DNA of 56,782 nucleotides, filler included, from Circinaria calcarea (lineage: Eukaryota): NCBI GenBank assembly GCA_051942165.1. It is 5 parts of 5 records of this genome, joined end to end, with 100 filler letters (N's around TTAATTAATTAA, not from the genome) between each part and the next. Parts side by side here need not be neighbours in the genome. Positions count along the whole stretch, not along the records: positions 22,778 to 34,047 come from JAVECS010000695.1; positions 34,148 to 45,415 come from JAVECS010000696.1; 3 more parts are not named here. One strand, 5' to 3'. This document shows, piece by piece, positions 23,439 to 36,202 of this stretch. The stretch's first letter is position 1. Each line of letters begins with the position of its first letter. The translations under genes and the position numbers were made by a program. The notes under the pieces are model-generated. The model was not told the DNA's origin, made no database searches, and saw only the letters and a list, made by a program, of their open reading frames with translations.

Positions 23439-26400
23439 CCTATGATTTTTAAATTACAAATCAAATTAAGGCTCCTTTCCCCACCCCGCGTAGGAAAAAT
23501 ACTCCACAGTATTTAATTTTCAAAAAAGCACGGGAAAGGGTAGTTTTCTTATTTATTATATTTCTAAATATTATATCGCGGGGGTCCCCCGGACCTTTTT
23601 ATTAAGCTGTTGCTTTGACGGACAGAGAACCGTGCGTTGTTTGAATACAAGGTTGGAATTGATTAGCCTAGGCTAGCCCGGATTGGAGGTGGGGTGACAC
23701 GGTTTTGACCGCCAGAGCAACACCTTAAGGTATATTATATTGATAGTTGTAAGATAGCCGTAATATGAACCATTTTATCTCCATTATATAATAATGATTT
23801 TATTATATCGGCAGAACCTATTAACAACTCTATTTAAATATTAACGCTGGGTTAGTACCTCTGTTGTTAAACAGGCACGACTTTCGGTTCTTGCCATACC
23901 AGGCAGCAATAGTATTGAGACACAGAAAAGAGTTATTTGGCTGAGCGTTGCTTGGCCTTGTCTTGCAAGATTTGGGTGTACTAGTAGTAGCCCTCCTTCC
24001 AGGGTGCCCAATTCGGCGAATTATGTCAGCGTGTTGGAAAGGCATGCCGAAGGAGCCATGTTTGACGCTCCGAACCGTAGCCGGTTGGAACTCTCCAATA
24101 AGCCCATTGTTCTCTTGGATAGCGCTTGTGGAGATGCTGGCTGAGGAGCCAATCTTGACGGAGGCTGGACCTGCTTCGCCTGGCCATAACCAGTCACGGT
24201 GCAGCTGGGAGGAGCTCTTGGTGTTGACTGTTGTACCTTGACATGGTCAAAGCCCGGCTGACCAAGCCGTATATCTTGTGAGCGGCGAGGCAGGAGACTG
24301 GCGTTTGAATCCAGCCAAGAACCGTATATATGATCTCGGCGGCGACCACTTTCCTAGATGCGGACGTCGAGAACGACTCGACGGAATTTCAGAAGTCCAG
24401 CTTGGTGCTGCTGTTCTCATCGCAGAGGGAACTGCCGGCGGCAGTTCGGAGCTCGCAGATGGGAAATTGACTTGAATATCAATGCCGCCTTGATTGTTAC
24501 CGAACACGGAAGCAGTCTCGAAAGCCTCCAGCTAATATCGAGACGGAAAGGAGACGCGGGCTGGAACTTCTCGACCATGGTATTGGACCGCGAGACTCCA
24601 AAATATGGTTCTTAGTTTAATTCGAATATAAGTGGCGTATATACCTGATTACCCCGTTCCATTCTTTAGGAACTCTGGCAGCCTTATCTTGTACTCATGC
24701 CGGACAATTGCCAAAGAAAATGTCAAGATAATAGGCACTATCGTGCTCTATTATAGGCGATTGATCTTGCGATATTGAGCGGTCGACTTGATCCGATAGG
24801 GAGTCCTTCAAGATATTCCACCTCCCCAATCCTACCCCGTCTCCTATCTTCCGTCTCTTCACCTGGCCACACTCACTCAGGGCCCCAGTTGCAGGCCCGC
24901 TGAGCCTGGGAGCCTTGATCTCTCCAACCTTCTGCCCCCTACCCGAGAATATATCCTCTTGCCCGTTCTTCACGGTCCCATACGGTATCTTCTCTCTCCT
25001 TCTCTTCTCTTCATCCTCCCGCTCCCTCTTCCTCACCAACTCTTCCATTTCCCTATTTTCCTTACCTCCTTGGGGACACGCACTGGAGCAGGTTTAGGCT
25101 TGAACTTTAGGGTTGGGGGAGCCATTCTTATGGAAATCGACCGTATTTGCTGTAAATGAGTCTATCCACCTGTGTATCTCGTTGTATAGAAAATGGAGGG
25201 AAGATAGTAGTCTCACAGTACCTGGACAGTAGAAAGAACTCGGAAAAGAGTGAAACCAAACCCACAGTCCCATTCACCACACGAATATGGCTATGTCCCA
25301 CGTCACTCAGGGTGAAAATGGCAGTCGCTCTGGACATTCCCAGGAATTCGGTGTTGCCATTGGCTCCCGATAAGCTTGGCGTATTAGTTGCCCCGCTAAG
25401 TCTTACCATTCCGAGAGAATCTTTACTACCCATACCAATTGACTGAAACCTCGACAATGATAATGAGCGTAGCATGCGGCTAGTATGACCGAAGCTGCGA
25501 GGATCCTTATAGAGACAAAGCTGATGTGTATTGGACAAGCATTGGTGGAGAACCGCTGTTACGAGTAGCGACTGCTGCGAACCAATTTATGGTGTTGGGC
25601 GAATTTGGCGGTCAGGATAAATGTTATAAAGCAATGAAAGAAGTAAGTATCATATATAGTATATCTCTTGCTGTCTTTCATATTGTATAAAGTCGTTGTG
25701 CCAACACGTATGCACGTGCAAAAATACAGGTCTCCGGAAATTTAGAAACGGGGTGAATATTAGCTTCATCATCCTCTGAGGGAATTCTTGTTGGAGAGCA
25801 TCGGGCGGGGAAGGAGCTTTAACAGTTTGATTTGAAACAGAAACTACAATATACACCCCTCCATATTACTCCTCCTTTTTCTAGGAATTTATACAGCCGC
25901 CTTTGCTGAGGATATCAGGATTAGTGTCGAAAAACGCGTTGACCCTGCGACCACAGAGTAATTAAGCCCACTCCGTGCCTATACTCATTCAAGAAAGCCG
26001 CTGGTTTGGGTGGCCTAGGTATCTCTATTCGCAATTTCAAGTACCCATACAACCGGAACGCCTCAATTATTTGAGATTCTTGCCTGTCCAATATTCATTT
26101 TCCCCCCTACCACCCCCATCTCCCCTTGCAGTAAATGTTAGAATCGGTTCCATTTTCGCCAGGAGGATGGCATTACATGCCAGATGGATCGTCGCGAGTC
26201 CCGGCAATCTCCACTGCGTTAAATTGCATGGCGATAAGGAGGTACAGATGCGGGGGCTCTCTTTGCATAATTTCCGATTAGGTACATGGGCTATCATTTG
26301 ATAAGGAGTGTCGTAGCACGGGTTGAACACATGTCAGCCATGCAACTCCTCTTCCTTGACGTCAGGTCGGCTCCAATCTGCTGGGCTCTGTCTAGAGTAT

Positions 26401-28539
26401 CGTCGACGAGAAACCGTCATTTCTCATCCATGGCACACCATCCAAAAGTCCTCACTCTGCGAAAGTATCTGCACGACCATACTTGCTTGACTACAGAGCT
26501 GTCTTTTAGCTGCTGTACCAGTCCAGAGGAGCCACCTGAACGGCCATCACATTTGAACGTTCATCGGTTGGGGCCTTTTGCATGCATTATCCTTATCGGT
26601 AGTAGTGATACGTGATACCAGTGTACCTTTGTTCTTGAATCTCACCGACCTTGGTGCGACTTGATGGCTGACTTGGTACATGGGAGACACGTCCCTTACT
26701 AATGTGACGGCATTCAAGGGATGACTACCAGTAAATATCTAGGTGGTAGGATTCTGGAATCAACTGCTAGATCTTGGGAGCCGGCAACGAGTAATGCTTT
26801 TTGCTGGAGATTTCTTTTCATCCTGCCGCTTCGATTCCCGTGTTTTCTCGAGCGCCCTGTACAAGTCGTTTGCTAGGAGGGCGCTAACCGATGCGACTCT
26901 GTCTTACTGTATCATCAACCGAAGTGTTCGACTCGACGGACGATTAGGCAATCCAGCGGTTGTTTACTGTGGGCACCACGATTTAGACAAACATTTACTC
27001 GTTATTGTAAACTACAGAGAATTTCCAAAATTAGATAGCAGACTGTTTTGCACAGAGCGACTATCAAGTGGTTCCACATTATCTCAAGTGCCATGTCCGT
27101 TGAGAAACTGGCCTGTCAGACTTTTCCCCAATATAGCTTAACGGGAGTATTGGTGGATGCTCTAATTATACCAATAGAGTTCAATGATCGTCGTTGATGA
27201 ACTTGATAGGGATATCGAGCAGCCTTGATCTCCGAAATCTGTTGGATCTGGACGGGTCTCGGAGCATTCATACCGCAGCGAGCCGATGCAAAAGTCATTC
27301 TCTAGCGCGCTTCCTAACTTAAAGCTCACTGCCGCTCGAGTCATGACTTGGCAGATGTCCGATGCGTTTTGCCCATGCACCAAACAGGCTGATGCCTCAC
27401 TAGTGACAGCCTAGCGCACCACAAGGTTCTGCACTTTGCCCCAAAAGACGGCCCATGTCCGCCCGATATCTCCCAGGTCCATGGATAGGAGTCGTCTTCT
27501 GCTGCTATGACCAGTCCAAGGATATCGCTTTTTCCCATGCAAACTTTTATGACAACGATGAGCCAAAATCTGCCGACTTCCTCGGCATCAGCAACGTGTA
27601 TGCAGTTGCTCCGTACAAAGCTCCAAGCGAAGTGCATCGCAGGTAACTCTACTCACTCCGTACTGCATACGTGCTGTGCACCCCATCATCACCTTGGCGG
27701 CCCGATTGCTTTGGTCCTCCCCTCCTCCTCCGTATTCGGGATTCCGTATTCCGTAGAATTGTGGCGCTTCAGTCCACGTTCTTCGCGTATCGCTTTGAGG
27801 CAAGCAAGGTCAATGAGAGCGAGATTTCATTTCCGCCATCAATCACAAAGACTGCGTAGGACCGGGGTCGCTTTCCAAGTTCCAGCACACGGCAAGGCTG
27901 TTTGACTCCCACCCCCCCTGACTAGCCATCTCCTGAACCGTCCAGAATGGAAGGATGGTGATGAGGGGTCTCGATCTTGGTATGGTCATCCAACCGAATC
28001 CAGCATGCTCTCGGCCGCTAGATCTGAAGGGCCCCTGTTTCGGGAGCAAAGTGTAAAATAGTGAGGACCGAAAGATATCTAGTTCAATGATTGGCCTATC
28101 CTCTTTCGAGCAGCCTACCCACGGAACCTGGACCGGCAATCCATCCAGTGGGAATTTCAGCTCGCCACACAGGAGGTTCCGGCTGGGGACCCTGCGCGTA
28201 CTGAGCACTGATGGGCCGTACTAGCAGGAACCGGGCTTATGAAGTCGGCCGCCCGCCTTTCTTACTCGCTTTCTCTCTCTTTGTCTTTCGTTTGGTACTG
28301 TATCATCCCGCCTGCGCTCGAGCCCGGCTTCTACGGGTGTCGTCCTTCGTTCTCTCTGGTATTCGCTGAACATCGTACCATATGTAATTGGGTCTGTCCG
28401 CACTTTTTCTACATCATTCGCTTACCGAACTATTTTTAATTCCGACTGGCCCTCATTCGCTTGGGCTTGACCTGAAGGTTCATTTCGAGAATACATTCAA
28501 GAATACACTGGGCGTGTGTGCTCCGACTCTACCGCCATC

Positions 28540-31326
28540 ATGAAAGGCTTCAAATCGTATTTCCATCCGGCGGACAAGAAGAAAGCTGCCTCCGCTGCAG
28601 CTTCCAGTGTGGAAATGACCAACTCGCCTCATTCCCCAGTAACGCCATCGTTTTCAGGAGCCGCGACGCCAGCCTACTCGGGATCTCGACCCGCCTCCTT
28701 GTATCCCTCTGGGGATTTCAGAAACTCTACCATGGACGACATAATGGAGATCAAGGCCGATGTCATGGTTAACTGGCTACACCAGCAGCAATTGGAACGT
28801 ATGTGGACCAACGGTGGTGTTGGCGAGGGTGTTGTCCTCAAGAAGGGGCGTGACGCCTACACGGCGTGTCCAGGAGAGCTTTCCAATCACCGAGGCGACC
28901 TCTTCGACGCAGTAACTAGACTTAATGTCAGGGTATGTGGTGCTCATCTCGGGATTGCGGTCTCCTTATCGGACTAATGTACGAGTACAGACTGCCATGA
29001 CGGTTAACACTCGTGTCATCAAACTCTTCCTGCGGCGTCAGGACCTTCCGTACGTTCCGCTAAAGGACGGTCTGCGCATTCAGATTCTACCTAACATCAC
29101 CTTTCTCCCCACATGTCAGAAGCATCACTTCGCAGCTTTCATCAAGGACACCTCAATTCTCGTGGTGTGGGACGATGAACCCAAACACCTGTTATCCCGC
29201 GCACAAAAAATCGAAGAACAGTTGATGTCTATGATCTGGGATAGCGGCTCCGAATTCGATGAGAAGACGAACAAAAGCCAAAGCGTGCTCATAACAGAAG
29301 TTCCCCAAGAAGGACCAGATGGCGAGATTGTTTACGAGGAACTCATCACCGAAAAACCACGGAAACTGGTGCTGATCCAGGCTACCATAACCGCTCTCAC
29401 ATTGATCATCTTAGTAGCTGCTATTGGCGCCGGTTGGCGGAATATTGTTATCGAAATCGCAGTTGACAAGTCCATGATGCGGCTAGTTTTCGCCGCTGTG
29501 GTACCCCTCCAAATGTGGCTTGCTCTGGTATGTTTAGCATGCTCTCTCTCCTTTGGAAATATTTATGAGCTAATTCGATTCTCTAGTTTTTCATGCAGTC
29601 AGTTATTGGTTGCCTGGCTCAAATGATTGGGCCAATCAGTCAGATCAATGAAAACTCGAAATTCTATTCTGGCGTAGCCCCAGTTCGTATTTCAAAAGGT
29701 GACCTTCCACACGTCACCATCCAATGTCCGGTCTACAAGGAGGGTCTCTACTCTGTCATCGAACCGACTATTCGATCTTTGAAATCCGCCATATCCACAT
29801 ATGAGATGCAAGGTGGCTCTGCAAACATCTTCGTCAACGATGATGGGATGCAGATAATATCTAATGAAGACGCCCAGGCCAGGAGGGACTTTTATGACGA
29901 GCATAACATCGGCTGGGTTGCACGACCAAAGCACAACCCGAAGCCAGCCGAAGGCGAGAGAGGATTCATCCGCCCTGGGAAATTCAAGAAGGCTTCGAAT
30001 ATGAATTACGCTATGGCTGTCAGCGCAAGAGTTGAAGATAAGCTTGCAAACATTGAACGGCCCACCACATGGACTCACGACGATGAAATGGACGCCTATT
30101 ACAGCTCGTTGCAGCAGGTTGTCGCTGAAGACGAAGGCGTCACTTGGGCAGAAGGCAATATTCGGATCGGGGACTACATTCTCATCGTGGATTCAGATAC
30201 TCGTGTTCCGGAAGATTGCTTCCTAGACGCCGTTAGCGAAATGGAACACTCTCCTCAGGTTGCTATTATTCAATTCACCGCCGGTGTCCTGAACGTTACT
30301 ACTAGTTTCTTCGAGAACGGTATCACTTTCTTCACAAATCTTATTTATACAGCCATCACCTTTGCTGTTGCCAATGGCGATGTTGCTCCCTTTGTCGGTC
30401 ACAACGCTCTTCTACGATGGTCTGCTATGCAAGACATTGCATACAACGATGAGGTAGATGGAACTGAGAAATATTGGTCCGAGAAAACAGTGTCAGAAGA
30501 CTTCGATATGGCACTAAGGCTTCAAAGCGTCGGCTACATTGTTCGCCTAGCTGCATATACCGGCCAAGGCTTCAAAGAGGGTGTTTCCCTTACCGTGTAC
30601 GATGAACTTGCTCGTTGGGAGAAGTATGCCTATGGCTGCAACGAACTCATCTTTCACCCTCTCCGATATTGGTTCGTCCGAGGCCCCTTCACTCCACTGT
30701 TCAAGAATTTCATCAAATCTAGAATGCCCCTGCCATCTAAGCTTACCATCATGGCCTACATCGGAACTTATTACGCTATTGGGTCTGCCTGGCTATTGAC
30801 CTTGATGAATTACTGTGTCGTTGGATGGTTCAATGGATGGCTAGATAAATACTACATCGACTCCTTCAAAATTTTCTTTTCGATCATCATTGTTTTTACG
30901 GCAATCGGTAACCTTGCCCTCGCAATCTTACGGTATCGACTCGGCGAGCAAAGCCTGTTAGCCGCGCTGTGGGGAAACTTCAAATGGGTTTTCCTCCTCG
31001 CCATTTTCCTTGGTGGTATTTCTCTCCACGTCAGCCAAGCTCTTCTCTCCCACATGTTCTCCATTGATATGAGTTGGGGTGCCACTGCCAAGGAAGTCGA
31101 CAACACCACCTTCTTCCAGGAAATACCTAAGTTATTGAAGAAGTTCAAGTTTATGTTCCTGTGGACCATCGTCACTACCGCTGGTATCATCGTACTCGCC
31201 ACCATCGCCCCTCCTTTATGGCGCATCACCACCTTCCAAGCCATCTTCCCGTTGGCGATATGTGTGTTCTCGCACTTCGCGTTACCGATCGCACTGAATC
31301 CCGGGCTGATGCTGTTCACATTTTAA
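28540..31326 (+). CDS. Multi-pass membrane glycosyltransferase family 2 (processive, cellulose-synthase-like fold), 3 exons
   Basis: Motifs IQCPVYKE, VNDDG, KKASNMN, VDSDT, FVGHNA, VSEDF and ELARW, with several hydrophobic TM segments. Introns 28933-28990 and 29528-29586 join the three ORFs in frame. Confidence 0.9.
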
Positions 31327-33141
31327 GATGTGCTGGGTGATTTTGCAGTAGCGGCCTCATTACTAAGGAGGCGCAATAATAGATGGGAACTTGGGAGGAG
31401 TGTGCAGCGGATTTTTGGCGTTCTAAGCATGAGCGGAGCGGTTAATGATTTCGATATACCAAGTGAAGTTACGGAGTCGATCGAGATGTACAGTGGTCTA
31501 GGGCGCCTCAAGGCTTGGATACTTTCCCCACATATAGACGTCTAATTCTATGATTAACATTGACTGGAATATCCGTGTCCTTGCTTTTCTCAGTGTCCTC
31601 GCATTCGGATTTGTTAGATTGTTCTCGGGTCTGGTCCGACCGACCCTGTTCAGATTGCATGCAGAATGGCGAGCGTAGCTGTAAGGAAGGCCATAGTGTG
31701 TACATGGAACCTGCACTGTTTTACCCACCTGGTCCAATTTGAATCCTTGGCCTCGTCGTACCATGCCTCACATATATGATAAGCCATGGTACTTTCCTAC
31801 ATCTATTCCCAGTTCCCGTGGTTCAAAGTTGCGGGGACCTGAACACCATGAGGCGATCACATGGCTTATCCAATTAGGGTTTGCTTAAGACCTCGTAGCG
31901 TAGGTATAAACCCCCCCCCTCTCCCTTGTCTCTCCGAATGGCCCGCCTTCTATTGTGTCTGTTCTTTCCGTTGAGGAATTTTTAGATATCCAAGATGGAA
32001 TTGCAGCTGTCGTGGCAGGTTGGCTGCACGCTGTATTAGGCATTGGAGGAGAAGAGATCTGCTGTGCTCCGTAGTGGGATTGTCGAGGAGCGATCTTCCT
32101 GCGAATGGGGATGGGGGACTGGAGGAGAGGGTCTACATTTAGATGATGCTTATGAGCTGCATTTCACTAGGATCCTGCTTGGGATATTCGATCTCCAATT
32201 CGTTTGTGTGTGCGTAGTCCGTACTCGATCTGACAGTTGTCCGGCAAGGTACCGATCGGACTCTTTCGAGGCTGAGGGGTAACGGAGTGGAGGTTGCCAC
32301 CAAAACACAGATGCGTTATTTCATCGGAGTTCTACGACTTGAAGACATTGGCATGGTGCTGTGAAGAGCCAAGTCCACTCACGATGCACTCCATATATAG
32401 CTACTTCCTATTAGTAGTGGCTTCTATACTGTGATGTATTGGTAGCGACTCCTACTCCTACACTCCATCCCGCCGGCCGTTGCAGTGTCAATTTGGAATA
32501 GCGGCCAGCCATTCAGATAGCAACAAGTGCTACTGCGGAGGGCCTCCGGGCCCTTGCAGGTGACAGTTCATTTGTCGCCCTTCATCGGATACCGAAACAC
32601 TACGTATGCTGCAGAGTACCTCCGTCCGCGTTGTAATTTATGGGTCGAGAGCGTTCGCCCCCGCACCAGGCACTCGTCCCAAGTAGCTCGAGCTATAGCT
32701 GATAGGTCACACATGGCGGCATTGGCGAGCGGAGCTGAAACCTAATCGAGCCGACGGTTGCCATCCAAAAACGCCACATATGCGCTGGCTCTCCAATGAC
32801 TGGGCTCTTGCATCAGTCCGAGATCCTGTTTTTGGCAGAGCCGGCGCCGGCGCTAGGCTCATAGCTAAATTAATTTGCCTTTCGTCATTTCCTTCGGGAT
32901 TTTTTCGTTCGCTCTGCGGTCGCAACTGATTTACGGGGAGAGTCTCCTGCAATTTCGAGATGTGTCAGGTAGCCGATCATCAAACTTGGATTGGTCCTGC
33001 CCGCACGGATTGACCCATCTCCAGTTCTCAAACGATTATTCTTCTCACTTCATCATGTCTCTATGAGAGTTGGCACCATACTATTGCCACCGGCTGTTGG
33101 ATATTTTCGAGTTCATCTCCATTCCCTTGGCTCCCTTTGCC

Positions 33142-34047
33142 ATGGCGTCGTTACGCGCCGGTTCTTTCGAGGAGCCAACACCACTTCTACCTGCTGATCA
33201 TCGTTTGTGCACGCAATTTCCTTCGACCGTTCCCTCTCTCTCATCATCCGAAGCGCTTCCGAAAAACCGAAGAACGTCGGTATTCACGGAGCTCGACACA
33301 AGTAGCTACATGGAGGATGACACGACGACACGACTGCCACGTACAGCGAGGTCAGGGAAACAGGTTCGTTTTCGCAACCGACTAGACGTACAAGAGGCAC
33401 CCGACTCTGGTAGAAGCGGTTCATCCGCCGTGGAGATAGCAAACATCTCAATGGCTCGGAAACCTCTGCATTCAGCCCTTGTATCAACGACTTCATCCGT
33501 ATCGCAGCGGCAAAGTCTACTTTCGTCTATCCCTCGACTCTACTACTTTACGCTATTTTTTGCAATCTTCTTACCTCTGCTACACAATTCGCCTTTGGTT
33601 GGAAAGGCTGGATACCTAGCGATCGGAGTGGAGGCGTCAGTCGTGCGAACCCCAGTCGCGGAAAGAAGGGTCCTTGATGAAACGAATGTAGAGCTCGTTG
33701 AGAGGGATGATAGCCCTACGGATATCTGCAAACGATGGTCCCATCAAACTGCGATAGTGAATGGGACAATATATATCTATGGAGGGCAGTCGAGCACCGC
33801 CCTGAGGCAAACCAACGACACTTGGAACAACGATTTATCCACGCTCAATTTGACTAAGAAATGGGATATTTCGGCGCCAGCTCTAAAGGCACAGTCGCAG
33901 CCAGCTGGACCTCCTCCAGTTGCTAACGCTTTTCTCTGGAACTCGTTAACTTCCTTGTTTCTTTATGGCGGATTGTACGCTGACAACGAGGACCCATTGC
34001 CCTCGCCTGCGCCTTTTTCTTTATGGGAATACGATATCGCATCATCA
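33142..34047 (+). CDS. Kelch-repeat membrane/cell-surface protein, 5' part (truncated by gap)
   Basis: Hydrophobic segment YYFTLFFAIFLPLL followed by Kelch-like blades (RWSHQTAIVNGTIYIYGG; SLFLYGG; LWEYDI). Confidence 0.75.
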
Positions 34048-34147
34048 NNNNNNNNNNNNNNNNNNNNNNNNNNNNNNNNNNNNNNNNNNNNTTAATTAAT
34101 TAANNNNNNNNNNNNNNNNNNNNNNNNNNNNNNNNNNNNNNNNNNNN
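34048..34147. other. Artificial scaffold spacer
   Basis: N44-TTAATTAATTAA-N44. Different genes lie on either side. Confidence 0.97.
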
Positions 34148-34841
34148 CGCCGCAGCCATGAATGCCTGGCGAGATCATCTTGCTGCTCAGATCCAGCACT
34201 TTCAACAAAGCGTGAACTGGACACTGCCAAATTTACAACTCCCCACGTTACCGCCCATGCCTAATTTACCGGACTATCAAACCTACCCGATGGTTCGGCG
34301 GTTCAGTGCCCTTGTCCCTCAACGGAACAGTCGTCCGAGTGCTTCGGCTGGTGATGAAAAGGAGAATGACCATCGATGGTGGGATTTGCTGACGGGTGCT
34401 GCGTCATCGCCTCCAGCTTATGAAGAGATATATCCTGCGAAGCAGCAACATGAGGATCGTGAGACGAAGCAAGCTTCGGTTGTTCAAGCAGCTACCGACA
34501 CTCTCCTTGACCAAAAATGTTCCGATGCCTTCGATGAGCATCAGGCCGGAAGTCCCACCAAAGCTATCATGGCCAACTTTGTCGGGGAAGTAGCGCCCGA
34601 TAACAATCATGAAATGAAAGTGAAGAGACTACGGAGCGACCGGAAATTATTCTTTGTCTGGGTATGTACTTATTCCCCTGTGGATTCATAGCTTAATACT
34701 GACCAAGTTTAGATTCCTTTACTTATTCTTGTCGTGGTGGCGATGCTCAAAGATCGGGTACCGCAGGTCTGGTGTGGAGCTCGGCATGCGTATGGTCTTT
34801 TCCAAGCCCGGCATCCCGAGAGGATCGTGGAGGTATTTTAG
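34148..34841 (+). CDS. SPT23: 3' end of SPT23/MGA2-like membrane-tethered transcription factor
   Basis: PPAY (Rsp5-binding PY-type) motif, then KRLRSDRKLFFVW|IPLLILVVVAML C-terminal TM anchor. Intron 34662-34712; stop 34839-34841. Confidence 0.75.
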
Positions 34842-36202
34842 TTTTTGCACTACTACTTCTCGAGATTATTCTTGCCAGTGGAATCTTTCTGTAGCGGTGG
34901 CGTTTTTGGGTCTTTGACTGATTTCCGGGATCTAAGATGAAAACGATGAAACGAACGGCAGCCACAGAACGTTTCGAAACGGGATAATGAAAGGAACCTA
35001 AGGGCGTTCTGGTCTGTCTTTACTACTACACCTGTTATCTGACTTTATGTCTGCTGCATATGCTGGGCACCTAAGCTTCCGGCTTGATAATTGACACGAT
35101 TTATGATTAAACTTATCCTTTATGATTATGGGTGTTTGTACTACCTAGATTTCGGAAATACTTAATTTCGACTTCCCTTGGCAGATAGTAAAGCACTATT
35201 TGGTGACTGAGTGGTACCACTATCATGAGGGATAAGATGCAAGTGAACATCAAAGGCTAACGTTGTAGGCATGGAAGAATTGCCAGGAACAAGGTAGCCA
35301 TTTGTCCCTCCGATGGTGACGTTGGTCCTGGTTGCCTTCTGCTAATTACTTAACCCACAACCGTTGATAGGCTGCCATCACCACGTCGATGTCCGTAAAT
35401 TACCCCCTTAACACTATAACTAGCTTAAATACCACGTCTGGCTCAAAATGGTATTTCGTAACAGACAGCTCTCGTCGTTTGGCCCTGTGGTACTATTGTT
35501 ATAACTCCTGGTTACCATCAGCCGGCTTGATGGTCAGTACGAGAACTGAGTCAGCGAAAGAGGTTTTTGTAGTCTTTTTATGTGGTGATTATTACGCATA
35601 AGCGAGTCGTATGTTATCGCAGTTGAAGATGATAGTACCGAAGAAAGGGAATGGGAAGGCATTAATGGGGATGAGAGGTGAGCGGTTCAAGAGATTTACC
35701 ACTAGAGCTAGCTTGAGCACCCAAATAGTTTTGCCGCTAAGCCAGTGGGATTTTTGTCCCTGCGCTCGGTAGGTGTCTACCACAAACTCTCGGGGTTTAG
35801 ATTCTTGCCTAATACCCCGCCTGTTAGTTAGATGGTCGCCATGGTTAGTCTAGGAATGCTAGTCTGTTCGCGATCCGCGACTTTTGTGATAAGCGTTCGA
35901 CAGCAGTTCAGTTTATGGATAAAGTCTTATACGAAACCTTCTATGATCGCTTTGGGATGAAAATAGCACTAGTTCTTCACAGCAGTTGCCTCAGAAGTAG
36001 GGGCAGTTCTTTGGGGCTGTCAGATCTGACGTGTTAGGCTCTGATAGGTTTGTGCAGTCGGCCACGTCACGTGTGCTCAGCCCGCCATGCATTGTAGGAT
36101 AGAACATAAGTTGTCGTACACGATGCCGTATGTTAAGAATATGAGCTATCCGCCCTAAGCACTCGGCCCCTGTGGTGAGTGGGACACCGCCAGTTAGCCA
36201 TA

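Larger units (their letters stand above)
23000..23830. repeat. AT/TpA-rich relic flanking the tRNA (RIP-like degenerate repeat)
   Basis: Sharp drop in GC with many TATA/TTA motifs (e.g. 23190-23245, 23545-23580, 23730-23830) compared with neighbouring genes. No recognisable ORF. Confidence 0.45.

Noticed and set aside
25600..28500. Numerous short ORFs upstream of the GT2 gene
   Set aside because: They overlap on both strands with no motifs or coherent splice pattern; consistent with intergenic or regulatory DNA.
33142..34841. Kelch-SPT23 fusion gene
   Set aside because: The two parts are separated by an artificial spacer and belong to different gene families.
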